NCBI GenBank assembly: GCA_034723315.1
Contig: JAYEOV010000017.1
Span: 6,612 to 70,611, forward strand
DNA from: Candidatus Omnitrophota bacterium
Lineage (GTDB): Bacteria > Omnitrophota > Gorgyraeia > Tantalellales > Tantalellaceae
Direction: 5' to 3'
Length of the DNA stretch: 64,000 bases
Shown: one piece after another, positions 18,531 through 29,016 of the stretch
Numbering within the stretch: position 1 is the first letter of the stretch
Layout of the letters: every line of letters starts with the position of its first letter
Made by a program: the position numbers and the translations under genes
Notes under the pieces: generated by a model
Database searches by the model: none
Told to the model about the DNA's origin: nothing
What the model saw: the letters and a program-made list of their open reading frames with translations, nothing else

Positions 18531-18800
18531 ATGGCTCTTGTTAAGGAAAAAAAAGAGGATATAATAAACACCTACAAACAACACAATACTGATACAGGTT
18601 CCCCGGAGATCCAGATCGCGCTTTTGAGCGAACGTATAACCACGTTGGCCGAGCATTTCAAAAAACACAAAAAGGATTTTCACTCCAGGAGGGGTCTTTT
18701 AATGCTCGTTAACAAGAGAAGAAAACTGCTAAGCTATCTGAAGAAGTGCGATAACGAGAAGTACAGGGAACTTATCAAAAAGCTGGGACTTAGAAAGTGA
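18531..18800 (+). CDS. rpsO: 30S ribosomal protein S15
   Basis: [84 protein letters not shown] precedes the ATG at 18531. Confidence 0.95.
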   Translation: MALVKEKKEDIINTYKQHNTDTGSPEIQIALLSERITTLAEHFKKHKKDFHSRRGLLMLVNKRRKLLSYLKKCDNEKYRELIKKLGLRK

Positions 18801-18857
18801 CCTAAGCCCTCTTCCCCTGGATCAATAACAATAACAAATCAAGAATGGATAAAAAAT

Positions 18858-20963
18858 ATGGAACAAGTTAAAACTAAACTTGGCAATGAGGACCTTATAA
18901 TCGAAACCGGCCAGCTGGCCAGGCAGGCAGACGGCGCAGTGACCGTTACATGCGGCGGGACTATGGTGCTGGTCGCATGCGTATGTTCGCAGCACCCTAA
19001 AGAAGGGTTGAATTTTTTTCCTTTAACGGTCGAGTATCAGGAAAAGACATTCGCGGCGGGCAAGATCCCCGGAGGTTTTTTCAAAAGAGAAGGACGGCCT
19101 ACCGAAAAAGAGATCCTGACAGCAAGGATGATAGACAGGCCGATCAGGCCGCTTTTTCCGGAAGGGATGAAAAACGAGGTCCAGGTCATAGCCACCGTCC
19201 TATCTTCGGACGGAAAGAATGATTCGGATATTCTGGCGCTCATCGGAGCATCCGCGGCGCTCACGATATCAGATATACCTTTTAACGGCCCGATCGGCGG
19301 CATGAGAGTGGGGCTTATAGACGGTCAGTTTGTGGCGAATCCGACTTACGGGGAATTAGAGGAAAGCGAACTGGACCTTGTCGTGGTCGCTAATGAAGAA
19401 AGCGTTGTGATGCTTGAAGCGGGAGCCGAAAAGATAAGCGAAGAAAAGACGATCGAAGCCATAAAGTTCGGATACGAAGCGCTGAAGGCGCTGATCGATA
19501 TACAGAAAGAATTGCGTGAAAAAACGGCAAAACCGAAAAGGGAAGACATAACCTATGTTGAAATAAGGGAAGACCTGTACCAGAGGTTAAAACAGAAGGC
19601 CGGTGGCAAGTTGCTGGAGGTCAACCGGCTTCCGGTGAAACATCAGCGTTTTGAGGAACGTGAACTGTTAAAAGAGAAACTGGTCGGGGAAGAAGACCCG
19701 GAAAGCAGCGAGAACCTGGAGCTGGATGTGAAACTCGCTTTGGAGAAGGTCGAAAAAGAGGTCGTCAGGGATTTCATGCTGAAGGAAAAACAGAGGGTCG
19801 ATGGACGGTCTTTTGACGAGATAAGAACTTTGCTTTCCGAGATAAATGTGCTGCCGAGAACTCACGGGTCGGGACTTTTCACCCGCGGCGAGACTCAGGC
19901 GCTCGCGGTGACCACGCTGGGGACAAGTTCTGACGAACAAAGGATAGAAGGGTTCAAAGGCGAAGGTTACAAGAGCTTCATGCTTCATTATAATTTTCCG
20001 CCGTTCAGCGTTGGCGATGTCAGGCCCATGCGCGGTCCCGGCAGGAGGGAGATCGGGCACGGAGCTCTTGCCGAAAAGGCGTTGAGGCCGCTGATCCCCG
20101 AGAAAGAAAAATTCCCTTATACCGTGAGGGTGGTGTCGGAAATACTGGAGTCCAACGGGTCCAGTTCAATGGCTACGGTCTGCGCTACTTCTCTTTCTCT
20201 CATGGCGAGCGGTGTCCCAATATCCGAAGCGGTCGGCGGGATAGCGATGGGGCTCATAAAGCAAGGCGATGATCATGCAATACTCACTGACATAGCCGGA
20301 GTTGAAGACCATTACGGTGATATGGACTTCAAAGTGGCGGGTACAAAGACCGGGATAACGGCTGTCCAGATGGACCTCAAGATCCATGGCGTCAGTTTTA
20401 AGATCATCGAAGAGGCATTTACAAGGGCGAAAAAGGCTCGGCTGGAGATACTTGAGAATATGGGTAAAACGATAGCGGAGCCGCTTGGGGAGATAGCGCC
20501 GAACGCGCCGCGTATCGTTACCGTGATGGTCGCGGTTGACAAGATCCGGGAAGTCATAGGGCCCGGAGGCAAGATGATCCGTAAGATCATAGCTGAAACG
20601 GGCGCTGACATAAACATAGAGGATGACGGGTCGTGCCAGATCGCCTCGGTGGATAAAGAGTCCCTTGATAAGGCGGTCCAATGGGTAAAAGATATAACCG
20701 CGGAACCGGAAGTGGGAAAGATCTATAACGGGAGTATAACCAAGTTAATGAATTTCGGGGCTTTCTGTGAATTCATGCCGGGGAAGGAAGGCCTGATCCA
20801 CGTTTCCGAGCTTTCGGACGAATACGTGAAAGAAGTCACCGAAGTTGTAAAAGAAGGTCAGGAAGTCAAGGTAAAGCTCATCAAGGTTGATGAGCAGGGC
20901 CGTATTAACCTGAGCATAAAACAGGCGAAAGAGGACACTTCCGGCCAGGATAAGGAGACATAA
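18858..20963 (+). CDS. pnp: Polyribonucleotide nucleotidyltransferase (PNPase)
   Basis: 701 aa with two RNase PH domains plus KH and S1 domains at the C-terminus. It follows rpsO in the conserved order. Confidence 0.95.
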   Translation: MEQVKTKLGNEDLIIETGQLARQADGAVTVTCGGTMVLVACVCSQHPKEGLNFFPLTVEYQEKTFAAGKIPGGFFKREGRPTEKEILTARMIDRPIRPLFPEGMKNEVQVIATVLSSDGKNDSDILALIGASAALTISDIPFNGPIGGMRVGLIDGQFVANPTYGELEESELDLVVVANEESVVMLEAGAEKISEEKTIEAIKFGYEALKALIDIQKELREKTAKPKREDITYVEIREDLYQRLKQKAGGKLLEVNRLPVKHQRFEERELLKEKLVGEEDPESSENLELDVKLALEKVEKEVVRDFMLKEKQRVDGRSFDEIRTLLSEINVLPRTHGSGLFTRGETQALAVTTLGTSSDEQRIEGFKGEGYKSFMLHYNFPPFSVGDVRPMRGPGRREIGHGALAEKALRPLIPEKEKFPYTVRVVSEILESNGSSSMATVCATSLSLMASGVPISEAVGGIAMGLIKQGDDHAILTDIAGVEDHYGDMDFKVAGTKTGITAVQMDLKIHGVSFKIIEEAFTRAKKARLEILENMGKTIAEPLGEIAPNAPRIVTVMVAVDKIREVIGPGGKMIRKIIAETGADINIEDDGSCQIASVDKESLDKAVQWVKDITAEPEVGKIYNGSITKLMNFGAFCEFMPGKEGLIHVSELSDEYVKEVTEVVKEGQEVKVKLIKVDEQGRINLSIKQAKEDTSGQDKET

Positions 20964-21031
20964 CCGCCATCGCGCGTTTCCTTAGAACGCATTTCACAGG
21001 TAAAGCGAACGGTTTTACACTATCAGTATCA

Positions 21032-21481
21032 GTGAAGACGATACACGTTAAAATAAAACGCAAAGAAAGCGCGAAAGACCTTCCGATCCCGACCTACGCT
21101 ACCAGCGGATCCAGTGGAGTGGATCTCTATGCCGACGTTGAAGGCGAGACAGAGATCTCTCCGGGAGAAATAAAGCTGATATCCTGCGGCATTTACATTG
21201 AACTTCCCGATGGATATGAAGCTCAAATAAGGCCCAGGAGCGGTTTGGCTTTGAAACACGGCATTACCTTGGTGAACACTCCCGGGACCATCGACAGTGA
21301 TTACCGCGGCCTGATCAACCTCATAGTCATAAATCTCGGCAAAGAGGATTTTCTCCTCAGGCGCGGACAAAGACTGGCCCAGATGGTTTTTCGCGAGATC
21401 ACACGCGCCGAGTTCCGGGAAACGGAAGAAATCGGCGAGACTGAGAGATCGCACGGCGGGTTTGGGCACACGGGTATTTAG
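21032..21481 (+). CDS. dut: dUTP diphosphatase
   Basis: 149 aa (GTG start). Motifs [49 protein letters not shown] and RIAQMVF. Confidence 0.9.
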   Translation: MKTIHVKIKRKESAKDLPIPTYATSGSSGVDLYADVEGETEISPGEIKLISCGIYIELPDGYEAQIRPRSGLALKHGITLVNTPGTIDSDYRGLINLIVINLGKEDFLLRRGQRLAQMVFREITRAEFRETEEIGETERSHGGFGHTGI

Positions 21482-21485
21482 TGCA

Positions 21486-21544
21486 ACGTTAAGTAAATAA
21501 TGTTGCATTGATAATCATAACCTTATTTGTTTAACAAGACATTA
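21486..21544 (+). repeat. About 60-bp imperfect-palindrome element, copy A (CGTTAAGTAAATAATGTTGCATTGATAATCATAACCTTATTTGTTTAACAAGACATT)
   Basis: Near-identical to the reverse complement of 48989-49048 (about 3 mismatches). Internal hairpin GTTAAGTAAATAA / TTATTTGTTTAAC. Confidence 0.75.
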
Positions 21545-21577
21545 GTTAAGTGTTCACGGTGATGGATTATCCAAGAT

Positions 21578-22348
21578 ATGACATTAACTGAAGCAGTGAT
21601 ATCTGGCGCGGTCCAAGGGGTCACGGAGTTTTTGCCGATTTCCAGTTCAGGACATCTTGTTCTCGTCCACAGCTTTTTCGGTTTTACCGAGCCAAGTATT
21701 TTTTTTGATATATGTCTCCATATCGCGACACTTGCCGCCGTTGTTCTGTATTTCAGCGGTGATATCATCAGGTTAATACGGGAGAGGAATTACAGGTGGC
21801 TGCTTTTTCTCGCTGTCGGGACCGTTCCGGCTGTTCTGGCCGGCCTGTTCTTCGAGAAAAAGATCGCGGAGTTCTTTGTGAACCCGGGGAAAGTGGCGTT
21901 CATGTTGATCCTGACGGGGATCGTGCTTCTTTGCGGCCAGCTTTCATTAATGAAGAGAAAAACGGAAGGCGGGGGTCCGACGTTCATCACTTCGCTCATC
22001 GTGGGCATCGCGCAGGCCTGTTCCCTTTTGCCGGGCATCTCGCGGAGCGGAATGACCGTATCCGCGGGTCTCCTTGGAGGCATGAATGCGGAAGGCGCTT
22101 TCAGGTTCTCTTTTCTGCTTTCAATACCGGTTATCCTGGGAGCTACTCTCTATAAAGTCCTGAGCGAGGATATCGGGGCGGTCCTGTCCGGCAATATTGA
22201 GGTATATGTTACGGGTATGCTGGTGGCGTTTATGACGGGGATCCTGAGCCTGCGGTTGTTGTGGTGGGTCCTGAAAGAGAAACGTTTATTTATTTTCGGC
22301 GCCTATTGTCTTTTAGCGGGATTTGCAGGTATATTTTTATTAAAGTGA
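21578..22348 (+). CDS. uppP: Undecaprenyl-diphosphatase UppP (BacA)
   Basis: AVQGVTEFLPISSSGHLVL and PGISRSGMTVSAGLLGG are signature UppP motifs. Confidence 0.9.
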   Translation: MTLTEAVISGAVQGVTEFLPISSSGHLVLVHSFFGFTEPSIFFDICLHIATLAAVVLYFSGDIIRLIRERNYRWLLFLAVGTVPAVLAGLFFEKKIAEFFVNPGKVAFMLILTGIVLLCGQLSLMKRKTEGGGPTFITSLIVGIAQACSLLPGISRSGMTVSAGLLGGMNAEGAFRFSFLLSIPVILGATLYKVLSEDIGAVLSGNIEVYVTGMLVAFMTGILSLRLLWWVLKEKRLFIFGAYCLLAGFAGIFLLK

Positions 22349-22435
22349 GCAGTCGGGGAGTTTTTTTAATTCCGACTGCTTATCCTGAGGAGCGAAACGA
22401 CGAAGGATCTCAGGATGAATAAGGTATAAGGTACA

Positions 22436-24700
22436 ATGGACCAGGTAAGAAAAAACGAGATATCAGCCGTTGTTCTGTTCGCAGCGAGCCTTTTCCTTTT
22501 CCTGAGCATATTTACTTTCAACGGGCAGGATCTGTCGTTCTATACCAGCGACCCCAATCTTGTTTCGCAGAACGCGACGGGGGTGGTAGGTGCGTATATA
22601 GGCGGCGTCTTGCTTTTTTTCATGGGAAAAGCCGCATATGTGATACCCTTGCTTACCCTGGTATGGGGTATATCACGCCTGGTGCAGATGGAGTCCAGGA
22701 GAGTATCTTTGAAGATCTTCGGGACGATAATCCTTGTTGCCGCGGTAAGCGCGATCCTGAGCATGCTGGTTGATTCCAGCAGAACGATAGCGTTCGCCTG
22801 GGGCGGCGTGATGGGGACGTTGGTCTCCGGTTTTCTTCTCGAGTACCTGGGCAGGGTCGGCGCTATGGTATTCATTATCGCCATGATAGTCCTGTCAGTC
22901 CTGATAGCGACCGAGTTTCTTATCCTGCCCATATTTGTGACGGCGGTCAAGTTCCTCGCGAAAATACCTTCACGTGTCAGGTCAGCCCTGCCGGAAGGAA
23001 GCGCTGTTTCTCCCGGGGGCATAATTCCCGGAAGGGGCCGACTCAGGGCGGCGAGGGAAGAGATCGCCAGAAAACTTGAAACCATGAAAAGGCAGGTGGA
23101 GACGGTTCGCGATAATTCACTCGCGAAAAAAACCGCCGGGAAACAGAAACTCGAACCTGAACAAGCTGTCACAGACGAACCTAAAATAATCGCCCAGCCC
23201 AAACCGCAAAAAGCGGCGGCCATACCGGTCCGGGTCACGGGAGTTTCGGACGGTTCCACCGGCGAAAAGATCGATTATAAACTGCCTCAGCTAAGTCTTT
23301 TGAAAACCCCGTCCAAAACCAACATAAAAGAGCGGGAAGAAGATCTGAAGAGGAAAGCGGCCACTCTCGAGAACACGCTTCTTGAGTTCGGCGTGAAAGC
23401 AAAAGTGGTCAAGATCAATCGCGGACCGGTCATAACCATGTATGAACTGGAACCCGCGATAGGAACAAAGGTAAACAGGATCACTTCCTTAAGCGATAAT
23501 ATTTCTCTCGCTTTGAAGTCCGCTAATATCAGGATCGTTGCTCCTCTTCCGGGCAGAGGGACCATCGGTATAGAGGTCCCGAACGACAAAAGCGAAGTCG
23601 TTCTCTTGCGGGATATCCTGGAGACAATGGAGTACAGCGAAGAGGATTCCGTCTTGAAACTCGCGCTTGGAAAAGATATATCGGGCACCCCCATAATCAC
23701 GGATCTGACAAAGATGCCTCATCTTTTGATAGCCGGCGCTACCGGTTCGGGTAAGACCGTGTGCCTCAACGGTATCATCAGCAGTCTTTTGTTCAGCTCT
23801 TCACCGGATGAGTTGAAATTCCTGATGGTGGACCCGAAAAGAGTGGAGTTGATGATGTTCGAGGGCATACCCCATCTGGTCTCCCCGATAGTGACTAACC
23901 CGAAAAAGGCTGCTGCGGCGTTGAACTGGGTGGTCAACGAAATGGAAAGGCGTTATGAGATATTCGCTGAAAAAGGCGTAAGGAACATCTCCGCGTATAA
24001 GCAGAAAAGGGGCGAGGAAGAAGAGAGCCTGCCGTATATAATCGTTATAGTTGATGAGCTCGCGGACCTGATGATGGTGGCCCAGCAGGACGTGGAAGGG
24101 GCGATAATCAGGATAGCCCAGCTGTCGCGCGCGGCCGGGATCCACATGATACTGGCGACCCAGAGGCCTTCCGTGAATGTCGTTACGGGAGTTGTCAAAG
24201 CCAATTTCCCCGCGAGGATATCGTTCAAGGTCGCTTCAAAAGTGGATTCAAGGACGGTTCTGGACACCAATGGGGCGGAGAAACTTTTGGGAAGAGGCGA
24301 CATGCTGCTGATGGAGCCCGGCGAGACCTCTATTATCCGGGGCCAGTGCAGTCTTGTTGAGGACAGTGAGATCAGGAACATGGTCAAATTCATCAAATCC
24401 CAGGCCGGAGCGCAGTATATCGAAGAGGCAGTGGAAAATCAGGAAAAGAAAACAATGGGCGTGGAGCAGGAAAAAGACGAACTTTATAAGGAAGCAGTTA
24501 AGATAGTCATCCTGACAAAGCAGGCTTCGGTCTCGATGATACAGAGAAAACTCAGGGTGGGGTATACAAGGGCGGCCAGGATGGTGGACATCATGGAAGA
24601 AGAGGGCATCGTCGGGCCTTATAACGGTTCAAAACCCCGCGAGATCCTGGTAGAAGATATCAAAACGATCGAACAGATGGATCAAAATGACAACTCCTAA
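22436..24700 (+). CDS. ftsK: DNA translocase FtsK/SpoIIIE
   Basis: N-terminal membrane segments and a linker, then the motor domain (Walker A GATGSGKTVCLN; VIVDELADLMM) and a C-terminal gamma wHTH domain (ASVSMIQRKLRVGYTRAARMVDIMEEEGIVGP). Confidence 0.92.
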   Translation: MDQVRKNEISAVVLFAASLFLFLSIFTFNGQDLSFYTSDPNLVSQNATGVVGAYIGGVLLFFMGKAAYVIPLLTLVWGISRLVQMESRRVSLKIFGTIILVAAVSAILSMLVDSSRTIAFAWGGVMGTLVSGFLLEYLGRVGAMVFIIAMIVLSVLIATEFLILPIFVTAVKFLAKIPSRVRSALPEGSAVSPGGIIPGRGRLRAAREEIARKLETMKRQVETVRDNSLAKKTAGKQKLEPEQAVTDEPKIIAQPKPQKAAAIPVRVTGVSDGSTGEKIDYKLPQLSLLKTPSKTNIKEREEDLKRKAATLENTLLEFGVKAKVVKINRGPVITMYELEPAIGTKVNRITSLSDNISLALKSANIRIVAPLPGRGTIGIEVPNDKSEVVLLRDILETMEYSEEDSVLKLALGKDISGTPIITDLTKMPHLLIAGATGSGKTVCLNGIISSLLFSSSPDELKFLMVDPKRVELMMFEGIPHLVSPIVTNPKKAAAALNWVVNEMERRYEIFAEKGVRNISAYKQKRGEEEESLPYIIVIVDELADLMMVAQQDVEGAIIRIAQLSRAAGIHMILATQRPSVNVVTGVVKANFPARISFKVASKVDSRTVLDTNGAEKLLGRGDMLLMEPGETSIIRGQCSLVEDSEIRNMVKFIKSQAGAQYIEEAVENQEKKTMGVEQEKDELYKEAVKIVILTKQASVSMIQRKLRVGYTRAARMVDIMEEEGIVGPYNGSKPREILVEDIKTIEQMDQNDNS

Positions 24701-25499
24701 GGATATAGGAAAGATCTTCTCCGAGGAAAGGGAGAAACAAAAACTGAGCCTGGAGAAAGCCGCCGGCCAGAGCCGTATTCATTCCGACGTTATAAGGGAC
24801 ATCGAAAACGGGGTTTTTAACCGCCTGGGCAAACTGTACGTAAAAAGTTTCATGAAAAAATACGCGGAATTCCTCGGCCTGGACACCCAGGATATAATAA
24901 GGCAGTATGAAGACGTTTCTTCCAGGATGCCGGGCCGTGAGTTCAGCCTGCAGGAGGAAAAAGAACAGAAGGATGAGACGATAGCCGCGCTATCGGACGA
25001 AAAGTTACAAAAGGCGTTCGTGGCCGTTCTTTCCGTAGTCCTGGTGGTCCTGATATTCGTTCTTATCGGAATGATGAGATCCAGAATGTCACCTGTCTCT
25101 CCGCAGAAAAGCGTAACGACCGTTAAAGAGAAAAAGCCGGCAGTCAGGGTAAAGGAAGTAACCAGTCCGGATAGAGAGGAGAAGACTTCAAGGCGTGCCG
25201 CCGCCTCCGGCACAAGAAAGGAAGCGCCTCTTACGCTTATCTTGGAAGCCCGAGGAAAAGCCTGGGTGAAGGTCTCTAGAGGCAAGAAAAAGCTTTTCGC
25301 GGGCATACTTAAGAAAGGTGGTTCAAAGACCTGGAGATCGGACGGGACTCTGACAGTCTGGACGGGCAAGGCGGATATGCTGGATTTTACGGTCAACGAA
25401 CGTAAGATCGGGGTAGTCGCTGCCGGAGTGGTGAAGAACATAGTCGTTTCTTCCCGGGGCGTCAAGATCGGCGACGTTTGGGTGGCAAGACTTGAATAA
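24687..25499 (+). CDS. RodZ-like cytoskeleton protein (XRE-type HTH, single TM, C-terminal DUF4115-like domain)
   Basis: N-terminal HTH (KQKLSLEKAAGQSRIHSDVIRDIENG), a TM helix (AFVAVLSVVLVVLIFVLIGMM), a basic linker, and a C-terminal beta-rich domain. Confidence 0.6.
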   Translation: MTTPKDIGKIFSEEREKQKLSLEKAAGQSRIHSDVIRDIENGVFNRLGKLYVKSFMKKYAEFLGLDTQDIIRQYEDVSSRMPGREFSLQEEKEQKDETIAALSDEKLQKAFVAVLSVVLVVLIFVLIGMMRSRMSPVSPQKSVTTVKEKKPAVRVKEVTSPDREEKTSRRAAASGTRKEAPLTLILEARGKAWVKVSRGKKKLFAGILKKGGSKTWRSDGTLTVWTGKADMLDFTVNERKIGVVAAGVVKNIVVSSRGVKIGDVWVARLE

Positions 25500-25648
25500 T
25501 AATAAATTAAGCGCTTCGTGCAACTTTGGAGCTGCATGGCGCGCTTAATTTATGGTAAGGGGGCTTTGCCCCCTTAAAATCCCCCGTTCCATTGAAATTC
25601 CGGTACGATAAACTTAACCCGCCTTCAGCGGGAACTTTATAATATTAT

Positions 25649-25676
25649 AGTAGGGCACCTTTAAAGGTGCCCTACT
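25649..25676. repeat. 28-bp perfect palindrome AGTAGGGCACCTTTAAAGGTGCCCTACT, copy 1
   Basis: Read directly. An identical copy lies at 28776-28803. Confidence 0.85.
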
Positions 25677-25730
25677 TGCTTAATTTAATGTAGTAGAAAA
25701 TTCCTTATTGAGAACACATTAACCAAAGCT

Positions 25731-25827
25731 GTAGGAGCGGCCTCCAGGCCGCGAACCCCCTAGTGTTAATTTTGTTAGCGGCCAGGAGGCCGCTCCTACG
25801 GGATAAGGCCTGGAGGCGGCTCCTACG
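25731..25827. repeat. Cluster of three REP copies (same family as at 5339-6010): full reverse-orientation copy 25731-25756, forward copy with a 1-nt deletion 25778-25800, partial forward copy 25808-25827
   Basis: gtaggagcggcctccaggccgcgaac / gcggccaggaggccgctcctacg / ggcctggaggcggctcctacg, read directly upstream of rimO. Confidence 0.8.
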
Positions 25828-25866
25828 CGATAAGTAAAAAGTCCACCCGAAGGGCGTTAAGTTGCC

Positions 25867-27198
25867 ATGAAAAAAATTTATGTTCTCAGCCTGGGCTGTC
25901 CCCGCAACCTGCTGGATAGCGAAGTTCTTCTGGGCCTTCTTGAAAAGAAGGGGTTTGATATATCCGAAGTTCCGGAAGGGGCGGACATGGCGATCGTTAA
26001 TACATGTGGTTTTATAGAGGACTCGAAGCGGGAGTCGGTCGACATTATCCTTCAGCTCGCTGATATGAAGAAGGACGGAAAGATAAAAAGCCTCGTCGTT
26101 ACCGGATGTTTGTCCCAGAGATACCCTTCGGAACTGATGGATGAGATCAAAGAGATAGACGGAGTGTTCGGGACCTCGGATTTTATCCGCATACCCGGCA
26201 TGATCGATACGCTTCTTTCAGGCAAGAAGATCAGAGAGGTCAACAGAAAACCGGACTTTCTTTACGATCATCTCTATGAAAGAAGCATTCTCACGCCGCC
26301 GCATTACGTCTATGTAAAGATACAGGAAGGATGTTCGAACAGATGTTCTTACTGCGTTATCCCCGGACTGAAAGGCCCGTGCCGCAGCCGCTCGATCGCG
26401 TCCGTTCTCGAAGAAGTCAAGATCCTGAAGGATAAGCATGATATGAAGGAGATCGTTCTGATCGGGCAGGATACGACGTCGTTCGGGATCGACAGGACGG
26501 GCAGGCCGGAACTTGCGGAACTGCTGAAAAGCGTGTCTGCTCTGGTGCCTGACGCGTGGACCAGGCTTTTATACACGCATCCTGCGCGTTTTACCGATGA
26601 CCTGGTAAGCGTTATCGCGGAAACGGACAACATATGCAAGTATATAGATTTGCCGATACAGCACGTTAATGATAGAATATTACAAAAAATGAACCGCCGC
26701 GTTGCGAAAAGGGAGATCGAGGCCCTGCTCGGCCGGCTTCGCGGCAGGATCAAAGATATCACTTTGCGGACTTCGGTTATCGTGGGGTTTCCCGGCGAAA
26801 CCGAAGATGAATTCAAAGAACTTCTTGATTTTCTTGCGAACGTGAAATTCGATCGCCTGGGTGCTTTTCTTTACTCGAGAGAAGAGGGGACTTTGGCGCA
26901 CAACTTCGAAGGCCAGGTCCCGGAAGACGTGAAAAAAGAAAGATTTGATAAAGTGATGAAACTTCAGAGGGAGATCTCTGCGGATAAGAATCTGGCGTTT
27001 CTCGGCAAAAGCCTTAAGACGTTGATAGACGAAGAAGACCCTTCGGATCCTGAACAGTTCGTGGGCAGATCCCAGATGGACGCGCCGGAAGTGGACGGGG
27101 TTATTTACTTAAAGGGCGAGAACCTCAGGGCCGGGCATTTCACGGACGTCCGCGTAACCGGCACTATGGAATACGACCTTATCGGAGAAGCGATATGA
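25867..27198 (+). CDS. rimO: Ribosomal protein S12 methylthiotransferase RimO (MTTase family: MTTase N-domain, radical SAM, TRAM)
   Basis: N-terminus MKKIYVLSLGCPRNLLDSEV, a radical SAM CxxxCxxC (CSNRCSYC) and a C-terminal TRAM domain. 443 aa fits RimO better than MiaB. Confidence 0.75.
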   Translation: MKKIYVLSLGCPRNLLDSEVLLGLLEKKGFDISEVPEGADMAIVNTCGFIEDSKRESVDIILQLADMKKDGKIKSLVVTGCLSQRYPSELMDEIKEIDGVFGTSDFIRIPGMIDTLLSGKKIREVNRKPDFLYDHLYERSILTPPHYVYVKIQEGCSNRCSYCVIPGLKGPCRSRSIASVLEEVKILKDKHDMKEIVLIGQDTTSFGIDRTGRPELAELLKSVSALVPDAWTRLLYTHPARFTDDLVSVIAETDNICKYIDLPIQHVNDRILQKMNRRVAKREIEALLGRLRGRIKDITLRTSVIVGFPGETEDEFKELLDFLANVKFDRLGAFLYSREEGTLAHNFEGQVPEDVKKERFDKVMKLQREISADKNLAFLGKSLKTLIDEEDPSDPEQFVGRSQMDAPEVDGVIYLKGENLRAGHFTDVRVTGTMEYDLIGEAI

Positions 27199-27809
27199 AC
27201 TTACCCAACAAGATAACCTTATTAAGGATAGTGCTTACCTTTGTATTCATGATCCTTCTTTTTTCGAGGTGTCTTCCGGGCAAGATCCTGGCGCTTGCGG
27301 TTTTTCTTATAGCCGCTTTCACCGATTACCTGGACGGTTTCATAGCTAAAAAATATAATATCACGTCCGACTTCGGCAGGATAATGGACCCGGTTGCGGA
27401 CAAGGTGCTTGTCATCGCGGCATTTCTCGCCTTTGTTGAGATGAAACTGGTGCCCGCCTGGATGGTCGTTATAATTATCATGCGCGAAATGCTCATTACG
27501 AGCATCAGGGTAATGGCCTTGAAAAATAATAAGGTTCTTCCCGCGGGGACAGGCGGCAAACACAAGACATTCTCACAGATGCTTTCTATACTTGTGATCC
27601 TGATATTTATAGTCATAAAGGAAACGGGCGTAAGCGTTTTCGGATTCTGGAATACTTCTTTTGAGTACTGGTACCGCCAATTGATCTTTATCCTCATGCT
27701 TGTGACAGTCGTTCTGACCATGATCAGCGGGTTTTCTTATCTGATAGGTAATAAAGAATATTTTTTCAATAACGAAAGGCGTAAAAAAGCCGGGCAGGCC
27801 GGGGAATGA
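27195..27809 (+). CDS. pgsA: CDP-diacylglycerol--glycerol-3-phosphate 3-phosphatidyltransferase
   Basis: CDP-alcohol phosphatidyltransferase motif DYLDGFIAKKYNITSDFGRIMDPVADK with multiple TM helices. Confidence 0.85.
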   Translation: MNLPNKITLLRIVLTFVFMILLFSRCLPGKILALAVFLIAAFTDYLDGFIAKKYNITSDFGRIMDPVADKVLVIAAFLAFVEMKLVPAWMVVIIIMREMLITSIRVMALKNNKVLPAGTGGKHKTFSQMLSILVILIFIVIKETGVSVFGFWNTSFEYWYRQLIFILMLVTVVLTMISGFSYLIGNKEYFFNNERRKKAGQAGE

Positions 27810-28264
27810 AGATATCAGGGAATATGGATTATTTAATAGCTACGGTTTTCGGCCTGGGATATTTTCCGGTCGCTCCGGGGACAGCGGGAAGCGTAGCGGG
27901 GCTGGCCCTTTGTCTGCTTCTTCACAAAAACCCGGTCTTATATATCGGTGTTTTCATAATTCTTTTTGTTGCGGGTCTTATATCGGCAGGCAGGGTTGAG
28001 TCACAGAGTCAAATTAAAGACCCCTCTATAGTTGTTATAGACGAATGCGCCTGTATATTTTCCGTGTTCCTGTTCGTTCCCATTAATCTGCCGATCATCC
28101 TGACCGGGTTTTTTCTTTACCGTTTAATAGACATAATAAAATTGCCTCCCATGAGATCCCTCGAGAAATTGAGGGGAGGATGGGGCATAATGCTGGATGA
28201 CCTGATAAGCGGGATATACACAAATCTGATCCTCCAAATTCTCATCGCCTTGAAACTTTTCTAG
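27806..28264 (+). CDS. pgpA: Phosphatidylglycerophosphatase A
   Basis: VFGLGYFPVAPGTAGSVAGL is the PgpA signature. It is translationally coupled to pgsA. Confidence 0.8.
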   Translation: MKISGNMDYLIATVFGLGYFPVAPGTAGSVAGLALCLLLHKNPVLYIGVFIILFVAGLISAGRVESQSQIKDPSIVVIDECACIFSVFLFVPINLPIILTGFFLYRLIDIIKLPPMRSLEKLRGGWGIMLDDLISGIYTNLILQILIALKLF

Positions 28265-28775
28265 AGGCCATTTCATAAACCCCTTTAAGTGCTGTTTGGA
28301 CCACTCCTACCAGGGGACGTAAAATTTGCTCCAGCGGCAAATTTTACTCTATGATCTCCTCGCAACCCGCCTCCGCCGAATAATTTTATGCTATCGGACT
28401 TCGGCGGGACCAAGCTTGCTCGTCGATCAAAGCCCCTGCACGGAGTAGCCCAAACAGCACTTTTCCTCAGATCTCACAGCCTGACCGCCAAATTCTGCCA
28501 AAGCATATAAGTATATACTCAATATTGCTAATGTTAATCATATAGGTTAAATATTAGTCTAATGACTGCATTTATTCTGTTATATAGCTGAATTTAGAAG
28601 TATATACTCAAAAAAATCTTTCAGAAACCTTGACTTTTATTTTTTCCCCATTAAACTTTAGAAGAGTTATCCAATTGGTACCAATACATACTAAATTAAG
28701 ACAATACATACAAAATTAAACTTCCACGGACTTACGTCCATGGCATTAGCCTGGTGCAAGCTTCGCTTGTCCTAA

Positions 28776-28803
28776 GTAGGGCACCTTTAAAGGTGCCCTA
28801 CTT
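28776..28803. repeat. 28-bp perfect palindrome AGTAGGGCACCTTTAAAGGTGCCCTACT, copy 2
   Basis: Identical to 25649-25676. The two copies bracket rimO-pgsA-pgpA and the 28.3-28.7 kb non-coding stretch. Confidence 0.85.
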
Positions 28804-29016
28804 AGGAACCCGATACACCCACGGGCTTACGCCCGCGGAACTTTAAAGGTGCATTAGAATAACCCTGTAGCTTGTTGGGCTATCTTTTATTCATTGTTTA
28901 GCGAAAAATGTTAATTTATTACATAGAGATCCTGCAATCGTTATTAGTGCAATTTGACGTTTTCAAAAATAGAACCGATTTTAGTGAATTCGATCAAGTT
29001 AATAAAAGGAGTTGAT

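Noticed and set aside
25500-25560. Hairpins after the rodZ-like gene (AAATTAAGCGC...GCGCTTAATTT; AAGGGGGC-TTT-GCCCCCTT) as an intrinsic terminator
   Set aside because: The stems are convincing but are followed by A-runs rather than T-runs on the + strand, and no minus-strand gene would use them. They are left uncalled.
28283-28464. SRP (4.5S) RNA or RNase P RNA assignment for the structured region
   Set aside because: The conserved SRP domain IV motif (GGAAGCAGC-type) and RNase P P4 core sequences are absent on either strand. It is kept only as an unclassified candidate.
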